Origin: Mitosporidium daphniae
Lineage: Eukaryota
Assembly: GCF_000760515.2 (NCBI RefSeq)
Contig: NW_013546622.1
Span: 1-64,000, forward strand
Direction: 5' to 3'
DNA: 64,000 nt
The notes below the pieces were generated by a model. That model was not told the DNA's origin. It was given only the letters and a program-made list of their open reading frames with translations, and ran no database searches. Positions within the stretch are counted from its first letter, which is position 1. Each line of letters starts with the position of its first letter. Position numbers and translations under genes: made by a program. Positions 28,872-40,319 of the stretch are shown in pieces.

Positions 28872-29675
28872 CTATCTATTTGCTAATTGGCCATTGGCTG
28901 ATGTGAGCGGAATGTAGCGAACTGCTGTTATGGTTTTTGTGGTGACTTTTTGTTGGGAAATCTTGGTTATCACCTGAAATATCTGATGACCTTCTGGCCC
29001 AATAGGTGCTACCAGTATTCCATTTGGCTTCAACTGTGAAACTATCTTCCCCGGAAGCTCTGAAACGCCAGCACCAATATGGATAACATCATATGGAGAT
29101 TCCATGGCATATCCATCTCTTCCATCAGCCACTAAAAATTCAAGGACATTGCCATCAAGAAGGGCTTTATGCCCAGATTCCGCAACATTGCTGATAGATT
29201 GGGAAACCAACTCGGGAATATGATCAATTCCAATTGTCCTACCATTCTGATAAATAGGAAATAAAAAGGGCTATGTTATGAACCTTATTGATTTTTGCCA
29301 TCAACAGAGTTAATAGACCCGAACCAGATCCGATGTCTAATGCTTTGCAATTGGGGCGTGAAAGTGGCCCGTGCATTTGGGATAGCGCTAATGCATGCTA
29401 TGACAAGCTTAATACTATCAGTACATGCCATGTGTGGGGCTGAAATGGTAGCATTGAACCCAATATAGTGGGGAGCATCCATGTAGACATCCAACGGATT
29501 CTCCAAATAAGAATTGGGGATGAAATATTTCCTATCAACGCTGGAAAATATTCTCATCAGCGCCGAATCATGTAAAAGCTCTAAAGACAAGTATAAGATA
29601 GCTTCAATTTCTAATACCATTGCTCAGGCAAGCGGTAAGTTCGTTCATCGATGAAGGTATCTTAAAAGAGAGCAT
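28872..29675 (-). CDS. PCMT1: Protein-L-isoaspartate O-methyltransferase (3 introns, one GC-AG at 29398-29428)
   Basis: VDR..F, YMDAP..IGFNATISAPHM|HA, ALDIGSGSG, GIDHIPELV, DGRDGY...PYDVIHIGA, QLKPNG.LVAPIGP. Confidence 0.9.
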
Positions 29676-30607
29676 CAGTGGGGCTGGCTATCTGTAAAAC
29701 CTAAAGCTTAAACCTAGCATAAAAGCTAAAATTTTCAATTTCATAGAGGGCTTAAAGTTACAACGCGTTGTTTGCATACAAATACCGATACTCTCGAAAG
29801 AGAGAAAGTTAACAGCCGAGAAAAGAATGCTGTACAGACACCAGGAAAGATTCCATTGAGTATTTCCTTTAATTTCCCGAAATTGCATCTGTCTATGGTT
29901 TGGTCGATCAATTCTGTGGAATCCGTAATATTTCTGGTCTCCGTAAGACATGCCCGAAACATAGCTAAATTAAAACGAAAGAAGAAAAGGTAAAGCGACG
30001 TTTAAAATGAATGCTGATAAACGGGCTTCAATAGTCAAATTAGAAGGGATTTTCGGTAAAATGAGCCTCAAAGCGAAGCCATGCTTTAAAGGAAACCAAA
30101 AAAGCTTAAAGGACCAATAAAAACGACACCCAACTGATGATGTCATTTTTGTGATGCTAATTGTCTTTGGGACTGCTTTATTATTTTTTGTACGCGCTAT
30201 TTTTCATGCTTTCGAAGTAGCAGGATTTTCGAGCAAAAGCAACCTCACCACATTTGTAGATAGCGCCAAAAGGAGTAAAGAAAGAAGCAATAAGGCCCCA
30301 ATAAACACACATAGCAAATGGGCAAGCTATTTTCCTTAATATGTCTTTCCATCAAGAAATCCTTCCAAGCTCAGCATTCTTTTTTAACGAAAAAGTCGAT
30401 AAAACTCTCAGCGGCCGGAAAGGGAGCCAATCAAAATTCAAGACATATTAAGGCGAGTGCTTCAATTTTATTTTAAACATTTCCTAAACGGACAAACAAG
30501 CGATGACTGCCGCCAATTTTTTCCGGCGAGGCCATCCGGGGATATCAAAGCAACCGGCGGAACAATGTTTGCGAAGCGGGCCCGAAAAAAGTGCAAATTT
30601 AATAAAC

Positions 30608-31271
<664 letters not shown>

Positions 31272-31301
31272 TTAGTGCAAAAAGTAAAAATTCACAAACC
31301 A

Positions 31302-31335
31302 AAGTGGCAAGTGGCAAATGGCAAATGGCAAATGT
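31302..31335. repeat. 7-bp tandem repeat AA(G/A)TGGC, 4-5 copies, in the UPRT/STT3 divergent promoter
   Basis: aagtggcaagtggcaaatggcaaatggcaaatg. Confidence 0.75.
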
Positions 31336-31391
31336 GATCTAACCGACGCAATTAAACAAATTTAAAAATTAAAATTAAAATTAACCCAATT

Positions 31392-33638
31392 ATGTGCAAT
31401 CACATAATCAATGTGGGATTTTATCAATCTGCAATCATGTCCTCAGTGTCTGTTTCTTCGGCACCAATTCAATCGTCGAAATTTGATGTTGAAAAGAGGG
31501 TTTCAATAACGCCTGGAAAAAAAGCCGAGCTCCTTTATTTCCTAAGGATTTTCATACTTTTGCTGATCGGGATCGTTGCCGTTTGCTCTCGGCTGTTTTC
31601 AGTGATCCGATTTGAGTCGATCATCCACGAATTTGACCCGTGGTTCAATTACAGGGCTACAAGATATCTTGTGGACAATGGATGGTTTTCTTTTCTAAAT
31701 TGGTTTGATGATACTGCATGGTATCCCCTTGGAAGGGTTCTTGGCCACACGGTGTTCCCTGGGATCATGGTCACATCTGCGCTTATTCACTATTTGATGA
31801 ACTCTATTCTGGCAATTGCAATTGACATTCGAGAGGTTTGCGTTTTCCTGGCTCCAGTGTTTTCCGCAGCCACGGCCTATGTCGTATATGGTCTTACTCT
31901 TGAGATAGCACCTGAATCGCCCACCTCGGCTTTACTTGCCAGCATGTTTATGGGCGTCATTCCTGGATACATTTCACGGTCCGTTGCCGGTTCATATGAC
32001 AACGAGGCGATTGCCATCTTTTTACTTGGCGCAACGTTCCTCATGTGGCTAAGGGCTGTTCGCCGTGGGTCGGCTGCTTATGGAATTTTAGCCGCTCTTT
32101 CATACTTTGCGATGGTGGCCTCGTGGGGAGGATACATCTTCATTACGAACCTAATTCCACTTCACGCCCTCACATTGATGGCAATGGGCTACTATTCAAG
32201 CAATCTTTACATCGCCTATTGCACATACTATGTTCTCGGCACTGTGCTTTCAATGCTTATTCCATTTGTTGGTACATACCCATTAAGAGCTTCGGATCAT
32301 CTTGGAGCGATCGGTGTTTTCGGACTGATGCAACTTGTCTCAATTTGCACGATTATATCCGAACTTTTCCCGGAAAACTCACCGGCTAGGGAAAAGGTTA
32401 AAAAGCGCCTCTCGCTTGGCATTGTAGGGGTGGCTCTTTTTGTTCTTTTCAGCATAGTGTTTCTCTCGGCAACTGGGGTTATCTCTTCTTGGGGCGGCAG
32501 ATTTATGAGTCTTTGGGATACCTCTTATGCGAAGCGCCATTCGCCTTTGATTGCGAGCGTGTCTGAACACCAACCGACGCCGTGGGCCACGTTTTTCCTA
32601 GACCTGAATTTACTGATGTTTGCCTTTCCTGCTTCGATTTGGTTGTCCCTTTCTCCTTCCTCTTTCAAAAGCCTCGGAAAAAGAATAGGATACATCAGCG
32701 TCGAAGGGGCCGCCTTTTTGATTCTATATGCAGTCACTGGGGCTTACTTTGCAGGCGTCATGATCCGTTTGATTCTGACGCTCGCCCCCATTATTTGTAT
32801 TGGAGGTGGCATTGTGTTTGGAGGCATTCAAGAGCGGATGTCGACCAGACTACGACGTGGAACTTCATATTCTTTGCTTCTCGATGGTGCTGTTGCTTGT
32901 GTGGTGATGCTTTCGCTATTCCAATTTGCTCGCCATTGCACCTGGGCAACATCGACGGCATATTCGTCTCCCTCCGTCGTGCTTTCGTCCACAGATCATA
33001 CTGGACGCATGCACATTGTCGACGACTTTAGAGAAGCTTATTATTGGATCAGGAAAAACACCCCTGCTCGCTCCAAAGTGTTTTCATGGTGGGACTATGG
33101 GTACCAGCTTGCCGGGTTTTCTGAGCGAGTCACCATTGTTGACAACAACACGTGGAACTTTACCCACATCGGCTTGGTGGGCCGTGCTTTTGCTCTTCCA
33201 GAGCCATCTTCTTATGAAATACTGCGAGAGCTGGATGTTGATTATGTCCTTGTCATTGCAGGTGTCGCTTCAGGCTTTTCTGGCGATGACATCAACAAGT
33301 TTCTTTGGATGATCAAGATTGCAGAGAACGAATTAGGCCCTGCCTCCATGGTGTCCGAGGAAGCATTTTACGGTGCAGGCGGCCAGTATCGTGTGGATGC
33401 CGCTGGCGCTAGCGAAACCATCAAATCTTCGCTTCTTTACAAGCTAGTCTATCATGGCTTTGATGGGCAAAAAGATTTTGCACGTGGCGGTGCCATTCTC
33501 CCAAATCCAATTAGCCCCCTCAATTCGTTGGAAGAGGTATATTCTTCTGAGCGATTTATTGTTCGCATTTTCAAGGTGCGACCTCCTGATGCGCTTGGCC
33601 GCTCGCATGTTACCGCCCGAGCCTTTGACCGGCGATAG
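31392..33638 (+). CDS. STT3: Oligosaccharyltransferase catalytic subunit Stt3 (start may be 31437)
   Basis: RLFSVIRFESIIHEFDPWFNYR, SRSVAGSYDNE, SVSEHQP, WWDYG, DNNTWN, DINKFLWM. Intronless. Confidence 0.97.
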   Translation: MCNHIINVGFYQSAIMSSVSVSSAPIQSSKFDVEKRVSITPGKKAELLYFLRIFILLLIGIVAVCSRLFSVIRFESIIHEFDPWFNYRATRYLVDNGWFSFLNWFDDTAWYPLGRVLGHTVFPGIMVTSALIHYLMNSILAIAIDIREVCVFLAPVFSAATAYVVYGLTLEIAPESPTSALLASMFMGVIPGYISRSVAGSYDNEAIAIFLLGATFLMWLRAVRRGSAAYGILAALSYFAMVASWGGYIFITNLIPLHALTLMAMGYYSSNLYIAYCTYYVLGTVLSMLIPFVGTYPLRASDHLGAIGVFGLMQLVSICTIISELFPENSPAREKVKKRLSLGIVGVALFVLFSIVFLSATGVISSWGGRFMSLWDTSYAKRHSPLIASVSEHQPTPWATFFLDLNLLMFAFPASIWLSLSPSSFKSLGKRIGYISVEGAAFLILYAVTGAYFAGVMIRLILTLAPIICIGGGIVFGGIQERMSTRLRRGTSYSLLLDGAVACVVMLSLFQFARHCTWATSTAYSSPSVVLSSTDHTGRMHIVDDFREAYYWIRKNTPARSKVFSWWDYGYQLAGFSERVTIVDNNTWNFTHIGLVGRAFALPEPSSYEILRELDVDYVLVIAGVASGFSGDDINKFLWMIKIAENELGPASMVSEEAFYGAGGQYRVDAAGASETIKSSLLYKLVYHGFDGQKDFARGGAILPNPISPLNSLEEVYSSERFIVRIFKVRPPDALGRSHVTARAFDRR

Positions 33639-33655
33639 ATCTATAAAATACCATT

Positions 33656-33737
33656 TATCGTTTCTCTTTGGAAGAAATGTATCGTTTCCCTTTGGAAGAA
33701 ATGTATCGTTTCCCTTTGGAAGAAATGTATCGTTTCT
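33656..33737. repeat. 24-bp tandem repeat, about 3.4 copies (TATCGTTTCCCTTTGGAAGAAATG)
   Basis: Near-perfect head-to-tail copies directly downstream of the STT3 stop, with no spacers. Confidence 0.92.
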
Positions 33738-33902
33738 TCCAGATCACGAATTCCATTAATTGATGTATCTAACACTGTACGCGAGCACAAGGGCGTTGCT
33801 GCCATCGTACGCAAGCAACAAGGCTTTTAGTTTGACCCAACTTTTGCCAAATTTTGATTGACACTTTGTTGAAAATCTTTAATTCGAATATTTGTGTCGC
33901 CG

Positions 33903-34361
33903 ATGGAGGGACGTTCGTTCTCTCGTGCCGCTAAACGCGAATGCTGGGCGGCAGCACCCATAGTTTCTGGCCGTTCTCCAGATCGATGGAGATTCGATGC
34001 TTGCGGAAACATCGTTTGTGCAAAGCTCTCTGGTTGTGAGGGCTGTCTTTGTTTCGAATACGACCACATTATTCCGTTTTCAAAGGGCGGGCCATCTGTT
34101 TCTAGCAATTGCCAAATCCTTCAGACGCGTGTAAATAGGCTAAAAGGCTCCCAAGAAGATCTTGACTCGCAACGGCTTTCCAATTACTCTTGCGCAAAGT
34201 CATGGAAGTTGCCTGAGGAGCTTGATATTATCGAGCTTGCCGTTTGGGGTGATATTTCGCGGGAGGGACGTCGATGTAGAACGCCCTCTCTTTTGGAGCA
34301 GTTTCAAACGGCCTCTGATGCCTTTCTCCATCGACAGCGGGGCCTTCCTCCTTGCGAATAA
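33903..34361 (+). CDS. HNH endonuclease-domain protein, plant-type family
   Basis: CW..A..VSGRSPDRWRFDACGNIVC..L.GCEGCLCFEYDHIIPFSKGGPS..SNCQILQTRVNRLK...ELDIIELAVWGDI. Confidence 0.85.
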   Translation: MEGRSFSRAAKRECWAAAPIVSGRSPDRWRFDACGNIVCAKLSGCEGCLCFEYDHIIPFSKGGPSVSSNCQILQTRVNRLKGSQEDLDSQRLSNYSCAKSWKLPEELDIIELAVWGDISREGRRCRTPSLLEQFQTASDAFLHRQRGLPPCE

Positions 34362-34490
34362 TACACATTGCCACATGGAATAAAAAGATTCATTTATCCG
34401 TCCGTTGGCCCCTATTTTGCCATTTATTGCAGCAACGCCGTTTTAGGTGTTTATTCTACAAGGAGGAGGTTTATAAATAAAAGGTGGCAG

Positions 34491-35075
34491 CTAGATTCTG
34501 CGTGCCTTTTTTGGACGAGGGCCGTTGAACGGCTTTGGAGTGGTATCCATGATTTCGGCAATTTCAAGGCCTGGACGTCTAAGCTGCGAAAGCAAAATTT
34601 GACGGGCCGGATTGACTCCACGAAAATCAACCCGGATCTTTGAGATGGAGAGCTGGGAGAGCTTCAGCCAAAGCGCATCCATCATTGCGAGTGCGGTTTT
34701 GTTTGTGGTCTTTTGAGCGTTTTTGAACCCTAGGCAGCCGGCAGAGATTGCCCAAATTGGCCGGCCCTTTTCACCGGAAAGCTCCAAAAAGATATTATTC
34801 AGTGTGCATTTGATCAAAAGCTTTGGCGCAAGATCCGTTAAAATGGTCGAGGCACTTCCCATCCACTGAGGAGACCCAAAGTGGCTCTTCATCAAAGAGC
34901 TCTTGTCGTCATTGTTATACATGGATCCAAATAGCGTTTCTGGCCTTCCGTTCACCCCGGTCACTTTGAGCCATGGATCCGATGGCAGCGGGAAAAATGA
35001 AGAGTATATTTTTTTCAGTATCGGGCCCTTTTTGCTATTGGTGGAAAACGTACACAGAAGAGGGAGGCCCCACAT
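34491..35075 (-). CDS. Mitochondrial small-subunit ribosomal protein uS11m
   Basis: NNI...SAGCLGFKNAQK, V.FRG..PAR, I.DTTPKPFNGPRPKKARRI (uS11 signature) with an N-terminal extension. Confidence 0.88.
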   Translation of the reverse strand: MWGLPLLCTFSTNSKKGPILKKIYSSFFPLPSDPWLKVTGVNGRPETLFGSMYNNDDKSSLMKSHFGSPQWMGSASTILTDLAPKLLIKCTLNNIFLELSGEKGRPIWAISAGCLGFKNAQKTTNKTALAMMDALWLKLSQLSISKIRVDFRGVNPARQILLSQLRRPGLEIAEIMDTTPKPFNGPRPKKARRI

Positions 35076-36101
35076 TGGTTTTTACAAAACAAAAGCGTGA
35101 ATTTACATTTTCAGCAGCCACATTAAATTTAACGATCGTTTTGAAAACCAGACGCCAATGTTAGCCCAATTTTCGCTTAAAGGGACCAAGAAACTGTTGA
35201 GGGTAGGCTCAAGAGGTTTGAACAAAATACCATCTCAAAGATAGCCAGTTTTTTACAAAAAATCGAGCGAACCACCAAACAAAAGAAACTGGAGTAAATG
35301 CAGGCTTTGAAGATTTGGACAATCAAAAGAAATCGAGTTTGGCAATAGTTTGGGGCTTTCTTGATGGCGAAAGCAAATGGCTGCTTAAACTTTTACTGGC
35401 CTTTGCTGTATTTTTGCGAGCATTTAGATCCGATACCAGAAGCCATCTAATCTGAAAAGGAGAAGCGTTATACTATAGCGTACGGGGTTTATGAAACGTT
35501 TCATTTGCGAATATTGCGTCTTATGAATGATAAAGACAAGAAACCTATGTGAAAATCCATCTAGCTTCCTGAAAACATATGGAAGCTTCTACCCTACTCC
35601 CACTTACAAGGTAGCATCTAATTTACGGCCCCAAGGATGGCATGTTTTTCCGGCTCGCGAGGAAAGATCACCGGTGGACTAGTTGGTGTTTCACTAAGCC
35701 CATCTTTCTACGATGACAACCTGCCCGGTTTAAAGGAAACACCTGGTGTGCGAAACGGCTTCAAAAGATATTCCTTAGAAAATTCAGTGCCCTTTGATTT
35801 GTATAGTAAACAATCAATATTAAGAAATCCCAATACGACTCGCATGCGACTTCAGTCTTAATTCACGACTTTATTTGGTGCGGTGGAATCAGCTCTTGCC
35901 TATTTGCGCAAACCAAAAGAAACGCCACACCCGCAAGGGTCCTCTACACGAGAATTATCCGTTATAATGAACTTTGACCCAATTAGTTCGCGGCTATAAT
36001 CCAGCGTCGAATCTTTGATAAGATCGAGAGATTTGCGATCGATTACAATTAGACCGCCCTCGCGCTCGTTATGCATGCAAACGTGGAGCTTGCTATTTTA
36101 A

Positions 36102-36781
36102 ATGGCCACTAAATGCTTACTAAACATTCTGGGCATCATCGATGATGCTGTCTATGGTCGCTATGTTTTGAAGCGAAAAAAGATATTGGAACCCGTGACA
36201 GCCCCCTACATCCACTTTGAGATGCAGCCCAGAGTGGAAAGACGATTTGATTTCTTTAAGCTTCTACACGTAAATAAAGTAGTGCCCACATCAAACGCAG
36301 ATTTGGTAACGACGAAGCAGGTATTTGGAGAATCCGGGGCACAAATCCGGATCGATTTTGAAATCGTAGATCTTGACGAGAGCAAGGCTTGCTGAATCGG
36401 TCTGATTTGCCTTAGAAGCGTCCAAGCACGGGCATTTTTCAAATGACCACCTGCGCAAAGTACCATGGAATGGAGACAAGTGGTTGGGTGGGTGTGTCTG
36501 AGTTAGGGTTGAAATTTAGTGGTTTCAAAAATAATTTCGCTGCTTTTTATATGATGGACCCGACCCTTTTTAAACTGCAGTCTTGTGCAGCCAAATCTAG
36601 CAAACAGATTTTGGCCGTAAAAAATGCCGCAATGGATGCGTTGGATATAACGAGCGAATACCTGGCCTCGGTTCACCAATCGATTCTGGATGCCGCGGTC
36701 GATAGGATATCGCAAACAGACATCCTTTGCAAAATTATATGCATGCAGGCCCAATTGGACTCCTTTATTGCGCATCTGTAA
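36102..36781 (+). CDS. Hypothetical multi-exon gene (probably extends upstream into 35.2-36.1 kb)
   Basis: ORFs 36102-36395 and 36416-36781 can be joined in frame through an acceptor at about 36415. No family recognised. Confidence 0.3.
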
Positions 36782-36985
36782 GTGGCAGTGGTATTTATTT
36801 TTAGTGATGATTTAAATGTCAAATTAAAAATCCTTCAAAATAAATTAAAGTAACATGATTGGCTGGATTTTAATCCTATTGAAGAAAATCCCCCTCCCAT
36901 TTATGCATATGGCATCCAATTGCGAGAGCCCCCCCACGGGATTTAAGAAAGAACAGTGTCAAGGAAAGACAAGCGAACTCAAAAC

Positions 36986-38155
36986 ATGATCAAAAATATA
37001 TTCTTTTTCATTCCTCTGGTAACTGCTGCTCTTTTCCGCGGCTCTGTGGCATCATCGGATTCGGCATTTGACCCGATATTCGATGAACACACGCTTACAT
37101 GCTATATCCCGCATCATAGCTCGAAAGAAGAATATCTTCCACAAGATATCTTCAAGTACAAGGTTAAGGACGATAAATGGTACCGTTCCAATAAGGCAGG
37201 CCCGTTAAGCGCCCGGAATGATGCGTTTCTGCAAATCGACCAAATTCCGGAGGATGTTCTCACGGCCAGAGACAAGATCTGCAGGGAGTTTATTTTGAAA
37301 AGCCTTGCAAAATTGCGCAATTCTCGCCAAAATCGCCACCACCGCCGCTGCGCTCGAAATAATATTTTACACACGGAAGAGAACTACTTAAAACCATCAA
37401 AGAAGTCTCAGGAAAAGAAGAAACGAGTTTGTAAGTTGGTTTGTAATGAGGATGAATATCCCATCAATGAGCTTAAACAGGGAAGAGGAAATTTTGTTTC
37501 TTATCAAAAGCCACTAAATTGGAAAAGTATCAGCAGCGAGCTTGGCACAGCAGAAAGCGCTAGCGCATCTAGATGTCCTTGCTTAAAAGGCGAAGTGATC
37601 CAAAAAAATTCTACAATTTCTCACAAGCCAACTTGCCCGTACACGAGTCGGATAAAGGATGAATCTCTTATTTCATTAGTAGGTTCAGGAGATCTATGTT
37701 CTCAGGTCAAAGCTCAGATGGCAGGAAAATCCTCAAAAGTAGATCTATTGTCCCCTTGTGCCCAAAATACACCTAAATATAGGGATTATTTTGGTTCTAA
37801 AAGAAATTTCCCTCAAAAGGGTTTATCGATCGAGCTGCCCGGAAGCATTCGAAACAGTACCACCTTTAGAAATTCCCAGGAAATAGGAAAAAGAATTTCA
37901 AATTTTGGTGCAAAACACAATACGGCCGGGTGTTCTTCTTGCACACTTAAAAATGAGCTAGATCCTCTATCTACTCCTTTGGCTAAGAAGATAACGCAGG
38001 ATTTTAAACTTAGAAATGCCAAATTACAGGGGATCGAAAATGACTTGGGCATCTTTGATGACTATGATGACGATGAATATGACGATGACTCCGATTATGA
38101 TGACGATGAAGATGACGACGAAGATTCGGAGTATTACGATGATGATGAGGAGTAA
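36986..38155 (+). CDS. Secreted Cys-containing orphan protein with an Asp/Glu/Tyr-rich acidic tail
   Basis: Signal peptide MIKNIFFFIPLVTAALFRGSVA, basic core, C-terminal DDYDDDEYDDD...EE. Confidence 0.65.
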   Translation: MIKNIFFFIPLVTAALFRGSVASSDSAFDPIFDEHTLTCYIPHHSSKEEYLPQDIFKYKVKDDKWYRSNKAGPLSARNDAFLQIDQIPEDVLTARDKICREFILKSLAKLRNSRQNRHHRRCARNNILHTEENYLKPSKKSQEKKKRVCKLVCNEDEYPINELKQGRGNFVSYQKPLNWKSISSELGTAESASASRCPCLKGEVIQKNSTISHKPTCPYTSRIKDESLISLVGSGDLCSQVKAQMAGKSSKVDLLSPCAQNTPKYRDYFGSKRNFPQKGLSIELPGSIRNSTTFRNSQEIGKRISNFGAKHNTAGCSSCTLKNELDPLSTPLAKKITQDFKLRNAKLQGIENDLGIFDDYDDDEYDDDSDYDDDEDDDEDSEYYDDDEE

Positions 38156-38279
38156 TTCGCATGGCAATTATTCAGAGTTGGGCTTATAAATTTAATAAAT
38201 TTTACTGACACGGTCGACCATTGGCTGGAATAATTTCCAAACATTCAGTGGAGGTTTTCAAAGCATCGCCATGATGCAT

Positions 38280-38912
38280 CTAATTGTGGCGGCTAATGAC
38301 GGCAGATTGTTCTTTCGGCATCGTTTTTGCAAAGTCTCCATGTTCAAGATCAGAATCGCCTTCCGAAGAATCTGACGAGGAAAACTTGTCCGCAAACGCT
38401 TGCTCAAGCACCTCTGCGATGGTTTCTTGGGTTTTGACATAGTCGGGAATCCCTTTTGCATAGTACTTTTTTTCGGAAGGATTAAGTGCCGTTTCGATGG
38501 CCTTTTCTATTTCGGCCTCTCGTTCACGCTCACGATGCGGCTCTTCTTGGATGAATTTTGCCAGCTCGACCGCCTGCCTTTTGGATCCGATTCGGACTCC
38601 ATCGATGTTGCGACAAGAATCGTAGCTGGATGCTTTTCTTTTAGACATCCTGCCACCCTGGGCACGTAGCATGGACCCAAAGCCACCTTTGCCGCCATCA
38701 AGCTTTCCGGTAACTTCAACCACAAAAATGGGCCTTTTTGCGGAATTCAGTATTTGTGAGATCACATCTGCAAGTGAAGATGTTGCCTTTGCTCCATTTA
38801 GTCTAAATAAAAGATTTGGAATCGAAGAGAGCCAGTCAAGATCCCCGTTCACATCTATTTTGGCTGGCGAGTGTCCAAAGAAGCTAAGGAAGCATTGAAT
38901 GTTGTCGCCCAT
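38280..38912 (-). CDS. SDE2: Ubiquitin-fold-activated splicing factor Sde2
   Basis: KLDGG|KGGFGSMLRAQGGRMS..SCRNIDG.RI, the conserved Sde2 cleavage motif, after a short N-terminal domain. Confidence 0.88.
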   Translation of the reverse strand: MGDNIQCFLSFFGHSPAKIDVNGDLDWLSSIPNLLFRLNGAKATSSLADVISQILNSAKRPIFVVEVTGKLDGGKGGFGSMLRAQGGRMSKRKASSYDSCRNIDGVRIGSKRQAVELAKFIQEEPHREREREAEIEKAIETALNPSEKKYYAKGIPDYVKTQETIAEVLEQAFADKFSSSDSSEGDSDLEHGDFAKTMPKEQSAVISRHN

Positions 38913-38951
38913 TAAGCGGAAAAATAATTTTTGAAATTTAAAATTCACGAA

Positions 38952-40319
38952 ATGTCCCCAACATTTGTCGATTCTTCGTTCTTCAAAAACCCGGTCAATA
39001 GTTTTGTATTTCCCTCCAAACAGGGCACCTATGAATCGAGCGATCACACCAAGGGGGTAGAAGAGGATTTTAGCGATTTTTTTGCTTTGCATCCGATAAA
39101 TCGACAGGTCGTTTATATCCATGAGCCCTCGGTTGCCCTCCACCATTATGGGCCTGGACATCCCATGAAGCCGTACCGCCTTGCGCTAACGCATGATTTG
39201 GTGATTTCCTATGGTTTGCATGAGCGTATGCGGGTCTACCGTGGATACAAAGCATCTGCCCAGCAACTTTCGAGGTTCCACTCCGAGGATTATGTGTCAT
39301 TTTTACGCAGGATTACCCCAGACACTGTGCGTGCAGAGGTGCAAAGATGGGGGGCTCGCTACAATATCGGCGATGATGAATGTCCTGTTTTTGATGGGCT
39401 TTTTGATTTCTGTGCCATCTCAAGCGGATCTTCTATGCTTGCTGCACGGCACTTGGCCAGAGAAAACGCCTCCATAGCCATAAATTGGTCTGGTGGTCTG
39501 CACCATGCAAAAAGGGGAGAAGCATCTGGATTTTGTTACATCAACGACATTGTCCTTGCAATCTTAGAGCTATTGAAGGATTTCCCTCGTGTTTTGTATA
39601 TTGACATTGATGTCCATCATGGGGATGGCGTTCAAGAGGCATTTTACGTGTCCGATCGAGTGATGACGCTTTCATTTCACAAATATGGCGATTCTTTTTT
39701 CCCAAATACCGGGTCGTTCGATGAAATTGGTGCTCGCAGGGGCAAGAATTTTTCGCTCAATGTTCCTCTGGGAGACGGAATAGACGATGCATCGTTTGCT
39801 TACATCTTTGAGCCTATTGTTAGAGAAACAATCGAAACATTTTCGCCATCTGTTATTGTCCTTCAATGCGGCGCCGATTCTCTTGGGGGAGACAGGCTCG
39901 GATGCTTCAACCTGAGTATATCTGGCCACGGGGCGTGTGTTACCTTTGTCAAGTCTTTTAACATCCCACTGCTTGTACTCGGAGGTGGCGGCTATACTAT
40001 CAAAAATGTCTCTCGTTGCTGGGCATACGAAACGGGGCTACTTGTCGATACCATTATTCACCACGAAATTCCTCAATCAACAATACACCGCCAGTACTTT
40101 TCGCCTGAATATTCTTTGTACCCCACGGTGTCAGCTACTATTGCAAATACGAATACAAGGGAATATCTAGACTCGATCGTTGCCATTGTAAAGGAACAGC
40201 TTCGCTCAATTCAGGGAGCCCCTTCTGTTCAAATGCAAGAGATCCCCTTTGATGGAAATTCGATTTCATCCTCTGAGGATGAGGACGAATATGAAGATAC
40301 AGATAAACATGAGTACTAA
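38952..40319 (+). CDS. HOS2: Class I histone deacetylase, Hos2/HDAC3-like
   Basis: HPMKPYRLALTHDLVISYGLH, NWSGGLHHAK..EASGFCYINDIVL, YIDIDVHHGDGVQEAFY, QCGADSL..DRLGCFNL, GGGGYT. Confidence 0.88.
   Translation: MSPTFVDSSFFKNPVNSFVFPSKQGTYESSDHTKGVEEDFSDFFALHPINRQVVYIHEPSVALHHYGPGHPMKPYRLALTHDLVISYGLHERMRVYRGYKASAQQLSRFHSEDYVSFLRRITPDTVRAEVQRWGARYNIGDDECPVFDGLFDFCAISSGSSMLAARHLARENASIAINWSGGLHHAKRGEASGFCYINDIVLAILELLKDFPRVLYIDIDVHHGDGVQEAFYVSDRVMTLSFHKYGDSFFPNTGSFDEIGARRGKNFSLNVPLGDGIDDASFAYIFEPIVRETIETFSPSVIVLQCGADSLGGDRLGCFNLSISGHGACVTFVKSFNIPLLVLGGGGYTIKNVSRCWAYETGLLVDTIIHHEIPQSTIHRQYFSPEYSLYPTVSATIANTNTREYLDSIVAIVKEQLRSIQGAPSVQMQEIPFDGNSISSSEDEDEYEDTDKHEY

Noticed and set aside
33656..33737. 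24-bp repeats near an HNH nuclease as a CRISPR-like or guide array
   Set aside because: The repeats are head-to-tail with no unique spacers, and there is no Cas, IscB or TnpB architecture. This is a simple minisatellite.
38280..39161. 293-aa SDE2 ORF overlapping HOS2 antisense
   Set aside because: The extension above 38912 is the antisense shadow of HOS2; the ATG at 38912 follows the typical AT-rich tract.
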